A stretch of DNA of 63,473 nt, filler included, from Circinaria calcarea (lineage: Eukaryota): assembly GCA_051942165.1 (NCBI GenBank). It is 25 parts of 25 records of this genome, joined end to end, with 100 filler letters (N's around TTAATTAATTAA, not from the genome) between each part and the next. Parts side by side here need not be neighbours in the genome. Positions count along the whole stretch, not along the records: positions 53,440 to 55,874 come from JAVECS010003542.1; positions 55,975 to 58,408 come from JAVECS010003543.1; positions 58,509 to 60,942 come from JAVECS010003544.1; positions 61,043 to 63,473 come from JAVECS010003545.1; 21 more parts are not named here. One strand, given 5' to 3'. Under the pieces are notes generated by a model. It was not told the origin of the DNA, did not search any database, and saw nothing but the letters and a program-made list of their open reading frames with translations. Shown here in pieces: positions 53,440 to 63,473 of the stretch; the stretch's first letter is position 1, and each line of letters begins with the position of its first letter. The translations under genes were made by a program, and so were the position numbers.

Positions 53440-54153
53440 GTCGGGGAGGGGACCCTACCGGCGTGCAAATTCCAATGCGTAACCTCGGCGGTCGTCAAGT
53501 TGGCGTAGTAATGGTCACGGTAATTCCACTGTCTCAGCATCTTCTGGATGAATCCAAACCATAGGCTTTAGCTTCTGTAGCCTGGTATGATGTGTTTTGA
53601 TTTCGCGGGAAGGGGAAGGGGGGAAAGGGAAAAATATCAAAAACTCCCATACCAAACAATGCAATCCGTGAAACGTGCCCAACCATGCCAGATATCCCCC
53701 ACCGTCCGGCAACGCGACTGACTCCTGGTGGCTTCGCTGCAGTTCTTCCGCCGTAACGCGCATATGCATTCCGTCGAGCATTTGGTCCCAGGCCGATTCC
53801 AGCTCCGGCCGCGGCGGTCCGCTGTAGACATTACCGGTCAGGTTGACAAACAGCTGAGGCTTATAGCGCACAACCAGGTCTTCCAGCGGTCCTCCTGACA
53901 ACTAATCGTTAGCTTTTAGGGCATTAGCAAGCGGAGTGTGGGGATACTGACCGCTGTGGTATGAGGGCCAATGGGAGTGAGTATGGAGGACGGTGAGAGT
54001 GACGGTAGTGTAGAGGGTGATTAGAAGTAAGTGGAGCAAAAGGGCTGGCTTGGGGAGCCATCGGGCCCGTTCTCTTCGGGATTGGGGCGACGGTTTCGTT
54101 GGATTAGTGGTCTCATCTTTGAAGGAGAGGAAGGGCTCGCTATCTGATGCCAT
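53440..54153 (-). CDS. DUF3328/UstYa-family oxidase, 3'-truncated; exons 54153-53952, 53894-53653, 53543-53459
   Basis: N-terminal TM (ALLLHLLLITLYTTVTLTVL), YSGPPRPELESAWDQML, GGYLAWLGTFHGLHCL (HxxHC), spliced to KMLRQWNYRDHYY…HWNLHA, where the second HxxHC is expected across the next intron. Confidence 0.93.
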
Positions 54154-55002
54154 TACCAGGTTGCAGTAAAGAGGGGTTTCTTCTCAGTGTTGAGCCGGGA
54201 AAGCTCTGCCCCGTATCTTAACAATGGTTGGGAGGAGTAAGTTTCTGATTTCAGCCCGAACTAGTAACATATATTTCATCCTTTCTAATCCCAGCAGCCT
54301 TGTCATAAAGGCACGCAACCGAGGGATGGACTTGACGTAAAGCCTTTTGGCGGGGCACCTCTCTGGGTGGTCAAGATTCGAAGGGGACTTGCGGGCTTAG
54401 GGTGATTAACTGCCTTATCACCGAATGCCACCGCTCTTGGCCCAAGACTATCCTGCCTTGCAGGATTGCACTAATGTACGCAACGTTGGTCCGATGACTT
54501 GCAAGCATATGTGCTGTTAGGGTAACGAATAGTTACTCGTGCGCGAGGTGCCTCCTACGACCATCCCTATCCTGCAAGCAAGGCATAAGGAAGGCTCTTA
54601 ACAACAGTCTAGGAACTGATTGGATGAGTAGAGAAAGTATACTTCGTACGGGATGGAGGTAGCCGACTGCAGGCCTATAGCCCGACGAGTAGGCGCCTCA
54701 GGCAAACCGCCAGGTTGTACACACTAGCTAAAATGCTGTTGCGTAGCTAAGGCTGTGGGAGGCGGGTCTGCGTCCTGATGATCCTATAGCGAGTAGCCTT
54801 CCTTGGGCGGTCAGCAAGGCTATCGATGCTGGGATGAACCCGTCCCGGAAAGAGATAAGGCCTACCTCTATATAGGCGGATGCCCTTTGTGACCGGTTCA
54901 GCCAGCCAAACTCCTTTCTTTCGCTCACGCTGATTCCTCCTACCCTAAACTCCCTCAGAGCCTTGACCCAATTTCTCAAGAGATTGAAGCAACACGTCCA
55001 AG
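54154..55002. promoter_or_regulatory. Divergent promoter region shared by the DUF3328 oxidase and the repeat precursor
   Basis: 849 bp lie between head-to-head ATGs. TATATA at 54869 is followed by a CT-rich tract before the precursor ATG. Confidence 0.7.
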
Positions 55003-55546
55003 ATGCAGATCACAAAGGCGCTTTTCGTCGTAATGCTGGGTGGAAGTGCATGGGCCGCTCCCTTGAGCCAAGCGGGCGGTAAGTCCCAGCAATCCGTTCC
55101 TCGTTCCAGTATTGATGATTGCAGTGGATGTTGGGATTAAGCGCAATGTGGCCGAAGATGCAGTTACATATCCCGACTCGTACAAACGCAATATGGCCGA
55201 AGATGCTGTCACGTATCCAGACTCATACAAGCGAAACATGGCCGAGGATGCCGTCACATACCCAGATTCATACAAACGCAATATGGCCGAAGATGCTGTC
55301 ACGTACCCAGACTCGTACAAGCGAAACATGGCTGAGGATGCCGTCACATACCCAGATTCATACAAACGCAATATGGCCGAAGATGCTGTCACGTATCCAG
55401 ACTCGTACAAGCGAAACATGGCCGAGGATGCTGTCACGTATCCAGACTCATACAAGCGAAACATGGCCGAGGATGCCGTCACGTATCCAGACTCATACAA
55501 GCGAAACATGGCCGAAGATGCTGTCACATACCCCGACTCTTACTGA
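55003..55546 (+). CDS. Secreted Kex2-processed repeat protein (KEP), candidate dikaritin RiPP precursor, 165 aa; intron 55079-55124
   Basis: Exon 1 encodes MQITKALFVVMLGGSAWA-APLSQAG (signal peptide). A 46-nt GTAAGT…GCAG intron restores the frame into VDVGI followed by 9 x KRN(V/M)AEDAVTYPDSY and a stop. Confidence 0.93.
55139..55543 (+). repeat. Coding tandem repeat, 9 x 45 nt
   Basis: 405 nt = 9 units. Differences between units are synonymous except GTG versus ATG in unit 1. Confidence 0.98.
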
Positions 55547-58508
55547 TAGGCTGCTTGGTTCGGAGAAAGTTTGTGCCTGTTAGCTGCGATGAGTTTTCTG
55601 GAGACTAGGCTTCTGTCATCGACAATCATCACACATTTCCGAAGAATGTAAGGTCAAAAGCCATTTGCAATAGAAAACGAAGACATGCAAGGTTTCTTTA
55701 TAAGCTATAACAGACAATCGAAGAGTTTGAGTGAAAGCCTAGTAATTGAACGAATCATCGATAAGCAGCGTATTAGGAGATCACATAAGCCTACCTGCGC
55801 GTCTGATGAATAGATGGGATTCGTAGCCCGGAGAAAATTCTAGACCTATATATAGGGAGGTTCAAAGCCATTCCNNNNNNNNNNNNNNNNNNNNNNNNNN
55901 NNNNNNNNNNNNNNNNNNTTAATTAATTAANNNNNNNNNNNNNNNNNNNNNNNNNNNNNNNNNNNNNNNNNNNNGGATAATGGTAGGGGCATGAGGGGAT
56001 GGAATGGAATGAAATGGGAAGGGAAAGGTAAAGGTGGAGGGGAGGAGGATGGCTGTTGAGAGGACGGTGATTTGGTGAGGGGAGATGTTGCCGTTGTTAG
56101 ACTTGGAGTCGATAGAGGGAATAATTATTGAATCATACATGACAGGAAATTCTTCTCAGGCCTCAGTATTCTTCGAGAGAGGAGACGGGCCTCGACGGTT
56201 GGGCTGAAGGCGCTGGATATGTCACTGGATATAGCAGCTTTTATATCATCAATAGCAGCAGATCTAAAGAATAATATTATTTCACGGCAGTCGCGTATAC
56301 GTTATAGAGAATCAATCTATTGATTTCCCACCTTGATATTTAAATATCATCTACCCATCAACATCGTGGGTTGGTCTACTTGTCATCGGACAGACCCAAT
56401 GGGTTCTCTGCGGTCTCCTTTTTTCCCGAGGCTGAGGCAGTGTCTCTGACAGTGTTTCCAGTTCCCTTGGTTGCATCACTCACGCCTATTGTTTGGTCAG
56501 CCGTCGTTCTTGTGACACAATTGTGTTGACGGGACAGAAAAGGACTGACCCCCGGTAACTCCCGTTACGGTCTAAAGGATATTAGAATCTGCTGGAAGTG
56601 AAACCAGGCCTCGAGTGGCTCACCTTTCCAAGACCATCACCGAGTCCAGCTACAACCTGAAGGACGTCAGCCTTCTCGGAGCAAAAGACGAAGAACAAAG
56701 CTCTATACGTTTCCCGCTGTGTCGGTAACACTACTTTGAAGTTAGTATGGAATGTGAAGATGAGGATGTAGCAAGACAACAACGTACGTGCCCACAGTCT
56801 GGCCAGCGGTGTTGGTAACGCCACCTAGTACGCCTTTTGCGCCATTAAGCAATCCTGGTCAGTGTAAGTTTACATTCATCGAGGGTAGTACCTGACGAGA
56901 AAAGGTGAAAAAAGCGACAGCAGATTCGACCATGGTATAGTTCGCATCCGATGGATCAACAGCCTCAAGGACTGGCTCGACATCATGCGGCAACCTCATA
57001 GTCAAGGACGGAAAGTCGAACAATTGGTGTCGGGAATGATGGGAGGAATTACCGCTCATGTTGACTGGCTAAAGTCTACAAGCAAATCGTTAGTTAAACT
57101 CGGTGGACATGGGGGTTGAGACGTACGCTAAAGAGTTGGGGATTGGGAGTAATAATTTGCGTGGTGGTCTTTGAGTGCGTGTATTTTCTTGCTCGTATCC
57201 TTGATGGTGATCTAAAAGGCCGCGTCTTGCTCTATATATCTCATCCATGCTGCTTCCAAGGCGGGGCACTCCATTGACGTCAATCACCCCACCACTGGAT
57301 CGCCCTTCACATGCAAACATGGTGATCGGAACACGAAAGATCTACGATCAGTTCATGCGCTCCCATTATCCACCATTACGCCAGACACAGGGATCTGGGA
57401 TGGGGGAAAAGGGCGCTTCTTGTCTGCCGGCCAGTTTGGGAGGTTGCTAAGAGATTGAGGCAGGTCTAGAATGTAAGGGCTGGGAGGAGAATCTGGCTAC
57501 CTTGTGTACATGGGTTTGCACAGCGATTCAGCCTGACCGGGCGTTTGGGGTCATAACGCTTTTACCATATGGTAAGGCAGTTGCGGGAATGATATATACT
57601 CGAGAATTGCCGACCTATGACGCTGGGAACATTCAATGTCACACTGAACGGGTGGCCGTGACTTTTCGCCTGCCAACAATATCATGTGTTGTGGGTGGCA
57701 TGGGTTTTTGGTGAATGGGAGTTATGCCCTGAGAATGAGTCTCTTCAGTTGGAAAGCGGTAATAATGTAACACGGTTTTGGAAATCGATGAAGGGCGGAA
57801 AAGGAAATGCGTCTACAAGGGAGGAGATATGACTGTGCAAAACACCCCTAAGGGAAAACCTTTTGCTCCTTCTTCGACCCGCTGTTGAACCACTCGGTTC
57901 TCACCAACTCCTCTGCTTGACAACCAGCTTTCGATCAGGTGTCTTTGAATAGTCGACCTTTTTGGAGACATAATACCTACGTGTAATATACCCTGAATTG
58001 GATGCCGTAGATTTTTTTTGGGGTGTTGCCGTCCTCTTGATTTTTTGGAGAGTCACCGTCAGCAGCCAGTCATATCTCTAACTGCTCAAGAATGGTCGAC
58101 ACTGTACTGGAAGATCGTACTCTCTCGGGATCCCCACTGAATGGTGGCTTCGATGAGTTTAGGTTCGCTACCTTGGTCAAGATCCAGGTCGAGGCATACA
58201 TATTGACCCTACGCAGTCAGAAGGAGTACGCTCTGCGCAGAGGAACACTTACCGGTCAATGCAGGTTCCTGGTAAACGAGCTCCGACTCGGCGCGATGTG
58301 AAGCCCAATGCCTCGAAAGGTGCGATATACCAAGGCTTAAGACCTGCTGATCGTAGTAAGACTCTGCCCCCTAATTTCAAAGCGTGGTTCAGAGCTCGAA
58401 TTTGTATTNNNNNNNNNNNNNNNNNNNNNNNNNNNNNNNNNNNNNNNNNNNNTTAATTAATTAANNNNNNNNNNNNNNNNNNNNNNNNNNNNNNNNNNNN
58501 NNNNNNNN

Positions 58509-59205
58509 ATCTGTCGCGGTTGTTTTGACCACGTCTTTCATGTTGTAGACCTTCGGCCTTCCATCGGGATTGTCGGCAAAAGATACCAGCCTAAGACCAT
58601 GCTGGAATAGAAACAGCCCGCCTAGGCAGTACGGATGAAACCACCTTCAGGTTTGTGGTCAGTAAGGTAGGTTGCTAGGAAAGGAATCTCCAGAAGGGAC
58701 CCTTACAGGTGAGCCTCGCGGGTTCGACGCAAAGCTTCACGTATAGCAAAGTCGAATTGGTAGTTGTTCTTGTATAGCTTGCCTTTGACATCTTTCCTGA
58801 TTTCATCTAGCGTTGCAAGCACATTGACCGGCTCGACATCGACCTTGGCCTCCTTTGGCGGATTTTTCGAGTAGGCCAAACTGGATTGAAATGCCAACAC
58901 TTTTTTCAGTTGGTCAATGGTCTTGATAGAAGTGTCTTGGTTTAGAGGGATACTGGTCAGGCATTCATATGCCTCGTCGGGGGTTACGAACACTGTCTCG
59001 TCTGCGTGGAACGGATTAGCGGTTCAATACCTTGAATGATACAATGGCCAGAGCATCCCATACGTTTGGTGGCTGGTGGTACGATAGCAGGTATTGCCGG
59101 AACGTTGATACAGCCAGTCGAGCCAACGAGCTCCCTATTGCTAATTATTGACTGCAAGGAGGCTTGGATGAGAACAAGCAATAGAATAGACAGGTGAGAT
59201 AACAT
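58509..59205 (-). CDS. Secreted peptidase S41 family protein (fungal CPAF-like), N-terminal fragment, 2 introns
   Basis: Signal peptide; AYECLTSIPL…LAFQSSLAYSKNPP…L..I...V....Y.N.Y.F…REAHL/WFHPYC..LF.F…LVSF…PKVY pattern. Confidence 0.8.
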
Positions 59206-59342
59206 CTTAAAATAAGTAGACTATATACAAATAGGAATGCAATTCAATAGGGGGAAGGCTTCAGTAGACGCGTAAGTTTGGAAAACAACGATAACCCGTT
59301 TTTTATATACCTATATAAACAATGGGGACCACGCGAAAATTA

Positions 59343-59497
59343 CTATGGTCGGAAGGGTATTAATTGCTAGCGTAGCATTAGTAGATCACTGCCTAATACA
59401 GCTAGAGCCTCGCTGTCCACCAGTAAAATCGATCAATTGATAAAAAAAGTAAGTGATTTTAGCGTAACGCTAGCAATTAATACCCATCCAACCAAAG
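59343..59497. mobile_element. Small MITE-like fold-back (155 bp, ~50-bp imperfect TIRs, TA flanks)
   Basis: TA|CTATGGTCGGAAGGGTATTAATTGCTAGCGT … ACGCTAGCAATTAATACCCATCCAACCAAAG|TA. Confidence 0.65.
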
Positions 59498-62400
59498 TAT
59501 AAAGAAATTGGAAAGGCATCGTTGCCGATTTATTCATTAACATAGCCTGTGCTTTGGTGTCCTTCCGGCTCGCGGTTGCTCTGCAATTATCGTTTTTGAA
59601 TACTTCTGTTCAATCTCGAAAGTGCCATTGGTTTGCCATAGCCATGGAGACTAGGGAATCGACCATGCCCCGAAAGCCGTAGCATAATCACTACAGTAAG
59701 GACGACAGGTTTGCGGAATTACCCTGGCTGGCTGAACAGTGCTCGAGCCGCCACAAGGGAGGAAACAAAGTCAGCCTCAGACGAACGAGACACCTGATCA
59801 GGTTGATAAAATAGTGTCTGTGGGATCTTGGCGGAAGGAGAGGAGAGAGCTTGTGAGAAACTCCACAGGAACGGGGTAGCCTCTGAACCCTCTGGCATGG
59901 TTATTCTAGAATCATAACCATGCGAATGTAGGTAAGTTTGAGGTCTATGCACTCGGTGGCTGTAGCACAGACCGTATCCAGTACTTCTGGGGCAACTTTT
60001 AGACCAATAACGTGGTCCCTGGTACCAGCGCAGCTAGATGTGCATTGATAGTCCAGGGCCACAGCCTATATAGAGCATGTGCATATGGGGCGCGAGCGAA
60101 TCCAACAAACAGCCGGCCAAATTAGAGGCGGTGCGCCAGGATTGAGTGCAGAACCGACTCATGGTGGCCCTGCATATAGACCGCAACCTTCTGTGCCACA
60201 TTTGTGAAGTGTTATAGAGCGTACTGTTCTGAAGGGAAGGCTGCCGATCAAGCTAGTTGGTCCGGCTGCTCCATGAGTAAGGTGATCCTGCATTAATTTA
60301 GTCTTCTGCAGTATGGAGGCTGGGAAATAATTCCCTCGATCTGGATAGGAAGCGCACCGTTGGTTCGATTTTGTCAGCTCACGTCCTACACAATTTGGTC
60401 TGTATGAGATTCTGCGCCGCTAGCATGCCTTAATGCTGAGGAAGAGACGCCGCATAATTAGGAGAGCATAATTAGAATAGCATGATAAGCGGTCACGTGC
60501 CACGGAAAAGCACAGTCCATGTCCTTGACAAGCCTGTCATCATCGACATCTTGTTTTGAACGACACCACTGCTCCATCGTGTCGCATCGCAGCCTCTTGA
60601 CAATCCTCTACCGAGGCAGACTTATCTCCAGGCTATGTGCAGAACTGTAGATTTTCCTATGAACATGTGTACTGCATATGACATACATACCTGGAGCTTC
60701 TCATTGCGATTGCGATGATGCAAAACAGAACTCTGTGCTAACGTCAAAAAGCCTTGACCAGCTCGGGCGCTTGCCTTGAGCGATTTCTTTCTGGATATTA
60801 GAGGATGGCTCGAGTTCATCGCCAGCGTGCTTCTTCTGCGGGCCCAGCTGCTGCTCGTCACAAGTTGCTAACAAACAGGAAGAAACCACCGTATAGGGTC
60901 GTCCTCGAACAGGTCACACAAGAACGAAAAAAGCTGATCACTNNNNNNNNNNNNNNNNNNNNNNNNNNNNNNNNNNNNNNNNNNNNTTAATTAATTAANN
61001 NNNNNNNNNNNNNNNNNNNNNNNNNNNNNNNNNNNNNNNNNNCTTCCCCACCCCTCTGTCCGCCGCACCCCCCGATAAACACCGGCAATGGCGCACCGGT
61101 AGTAGAATTTGCACCCAGCAGCGGCAAAAATGGCGCCTGACGCCCCGGAAGCGTATAATTCAAATATGCCCCAATCTCACTCTCGTTGTACGGTCCCCAA
61201 TTTCCCGTCAAGGGCCGTAAGTATTTACAATCCCAGGGTTCTTGCAGACGCAGGTAACATCCGTGAGGTTGCACTAAAAAGGAAAGTGGGGGTGGAGGTA
61301 AAGGCGATGAGGAGGGTGTAGAGCTGCATAGTGAGTGAAGCTATATTACATACGAGGAAAAGCCTGCAAGACTTTTGGATTAAAAAAGAAAAGAAAGCAC
61401 GACGGAAAAAGTGAATATCATGGCATTCTTTTCCATCTCAGCTCTTGAGACACCACAGAAAAACCCCAGAGTAATAATCCAGCAGGGCCAGTAACGGGAG
61501 TTACGTAGCCATGAAAAAGGGGCAGGCCGCGGGACCTGGCATAACGCTAGTTAATACAAATCAGGCCAAAAGTTCCCCATGGTGAAAAGATGGAGGGGAG
61601 CTGAGCTGTGAAATAAAAAAAAATAAAAAAAGGAAAGGGAGCTTACGGTACAGAGTAACGGGGAATTATCGAATCAATCAAAGAACATGTCGAAGCAGCA
61701 TAAATACCCTGATCTTGGGGCGGATCTCGCGTAGAATCAACCCCCCCCCCCGTACGCCCCCCTATGATTGATACCTTCGGGTACGGAGTGAAGGTGTACT
61801 GCGTATCCGAGGTTGAATACCTATAAATCCGATTTTGGAATCCCCCCCCCCCTATACTCAACACCCTTCAATCCCTCGAACCATATAAATATTCCCTGTA
61901 CTCCGTAAAAAAAAAGCCGTCATCCTGTTGAATACGATACCCAGGTCTTCCCGATTACATATCCCCGATCCCCCCTTTTACGAAGTATTATTTCAAATTC
62001 ATAGTTCGGGCGTGCTGCAGCTTGTAGCTATAGCTATTGCTAGGTGGAAAAAGAGAAGAAAAAAAAAACGCCCTAACATCCATATTCCCCTGCAGAACCC
62101 CAAGTAACACTGTATACTGTACACTGTATACTGTATACTATGTACTGTACTCCCTACTCCCTACACCCTACTCCGTACTACCTCAGGCACAAAAACCAAA
62201 ACCAAAGTCTCCAGCGTTATTTCTTCTACCCCTCCTTTCCCCCAGGAAAGCTCAACCGCAAAACCACAAACCCGCATATAAAAATTTCCGGAAATAGCAA
62301 GAAGCATTACTGATATAGTATAGGCACAATGATTCATCATTTCGAAATGTACTCTGTTAGTTATTTTCTTCTTTTTTGGGGGGGTGCGGGGGGTGAAGAA

Positions 62401-62846
62401 AAAACCTCAAGCGTAACAGTAATTATTTGGTGCTGCGGGTTACCATACGGGTTATAGTACAAGTTAAAAAAGCTATTCAGAATCAGAAATCCATCTCGCG
62501 CGGGGCGCCCCAGGGTTTTATTCGTTACCATAAATCCTGACACGAGCAACTAAGTACTAAAGTGTGTGGGGGGGAAAAGAAGGAACGAGAGATCCAAAGC
62601 CCGTTTGGTTTGATTGGATGAATCTTTCAGTTCAGAACTCGGTACCTACATTAGCTTCCAAAAGGGGGAAAAGCCACTGATACTGTTGCTGATGCAGATG
62701 CAGATGTAGATGCATGCGTCGAACGGTTTGATAGAATATTCTACCGAAACTTTGGGAAACATGACTATGATTCAAAGTACGATGTCTCGCCTTGCGCGCC
62801 CTAGTTCTAATCCAGAAAGTCTTTGATATTCACCAATAGATCATGC

Positions 62847-63473
62847 TTACAGCTCTTCGTCTTCCATGCCCTCTATCACTGTTTCCGACTTGACCCCGGT
62901 GCTCGATGACCCGATATCTGGCGCGCTGACACTCGGACCGCCATCCACCGGTCTCGACAACTCCCCTCCAAAGGACCCATTGCCGCTGAAGCCAACCCCT
63001 AAACCAAAGACATCCAACCCTCTGCCTTTCTCTAGTTCCCGGTCGAGCCCTTGTAAGCTACTCCGCCGTTTCTTCAGCGGACTACCGATGAAGTCTTCGT
63101 CAACGTGTTTGATGTCGCTCGCAGGGTCATAAGCGGCACTGGTGAGGAGTGCGGGTGGAGAGCCGGCGTTCGGAGGGCTATTGTCGCTGGGTCCGGCAGG
63201 CGAGTTGGGCATGGGCGATTTGCGAGTGGCTGGTGCAGAAGAGGAGAGGCTTGGGGGCTCGAAGGAGTGCTGGCGTTTCAGCTTCGGTCGAGTTAGCATT
63301 TACCAAGCATACATCTGCCATAACGTCGCCGAACATGCCGCATTGTTCAAGGGACATACCTTTATTTTCTTGACCCCCTCCGCTAATTCGCCTTGTCTTC
63401 TTACATCCTCGGGTGAGAGCATACTATTCTTGAATTCTTCCCCATCTGCATTGACAAGCTTTGCGGTTTTGTC
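62847..63473 (-). CDS. Hypothetical low-complexity protein, 5'-truncated, one intron
   Basis: …LSPEDVRRQGELAEGVKKIK is spliced (GTATGT…CTAAC…AG) to LKRQHSFEP…SPLKKRRSS…MEDEEL*. Confidence 0.65.

Noticed and set aside
55139..55543. 45-nt repeats as a CRISPR array or non-coding satellite
   Set aside because: There are no spacers and no cas genes, the context is eukaryotic, and variation is confined to synonymous codon positions.
55003..55546. Alpha-factor-like pheromone precursor
   Set aside because: It lacks the Trp/Cys-containing mature peptide typical of Pezizomycotina alpha pheromones and the in-register X-Ala/X-Pro Ste13 spacers. The adjacent DUF3328 gene favours a RiPP.
54976..55583. 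Alternative repeat ORFs (minus strand YESGYVTASSAMFRL; plus-strand frame WPKMLS)
   Set aside because: These are shadows of the true frame. They have no signal peptide or dibasic sites, and their repeats vary non-synonymously.
55975..58408. Short ORFs on this contig, including 56859-57059
   Set aside because: No recognisable domain, and I could not build a convincing gene model.
61043..61330. Possible small secreted protein on the minus strand
   Set aside because: It needs a frameshift in a T-run to join the signal-like start to the downstream frame, it is truncated, and no family was recognised.

Overview
This window is not a continuous locus. It is about 25 unrelated contigs of roughly 2.43-2.45 kb, sorted by decreasing length and joined by an artificial 100-nt linker (N-run, TTAATTAATTAA, N-run), so gene neighbourhood is meaningful only within a contig. 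The DNA is from a filamentous ascomycete (Pezizomycotina), judged by short GT-AG introns with CTRAY branch sites and by the protein families present. Most genes are housekeeping fragments: UTP7, RPE1, RIB4, an Hrr1-like helicase, CaMK, ETF-QO, dihydroneopterin aldolase, DOA1, AKR1, CysRS, TRM61, a telobox Myb protein and a SidL-like acyltransferase. The outstanding feature is contig 53440-55874, a candidate fungal RiPP (dikaritin-type) locus. It carries a two-exon secreted precursor with nine Kex2-delimited repeats KR-N(V/M)AEDAVTYPDSY, transcribed divergently from a DUF3328/UstYa-type oxidase (HxxHC motif) across an 849-bp shared intergenic region. The core differs from the ustiloxin, phomopsin and asperipin cores. 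Also present are a RIP-destroyed cell-surface gene, several MITE-like fold-back elements near gene starts, a tRNA-like element, an NLR-type N-terminal domain gene, a LysM protein and an S41 peptidase. All calls come from reading the sequence by eye; no database searches were run.
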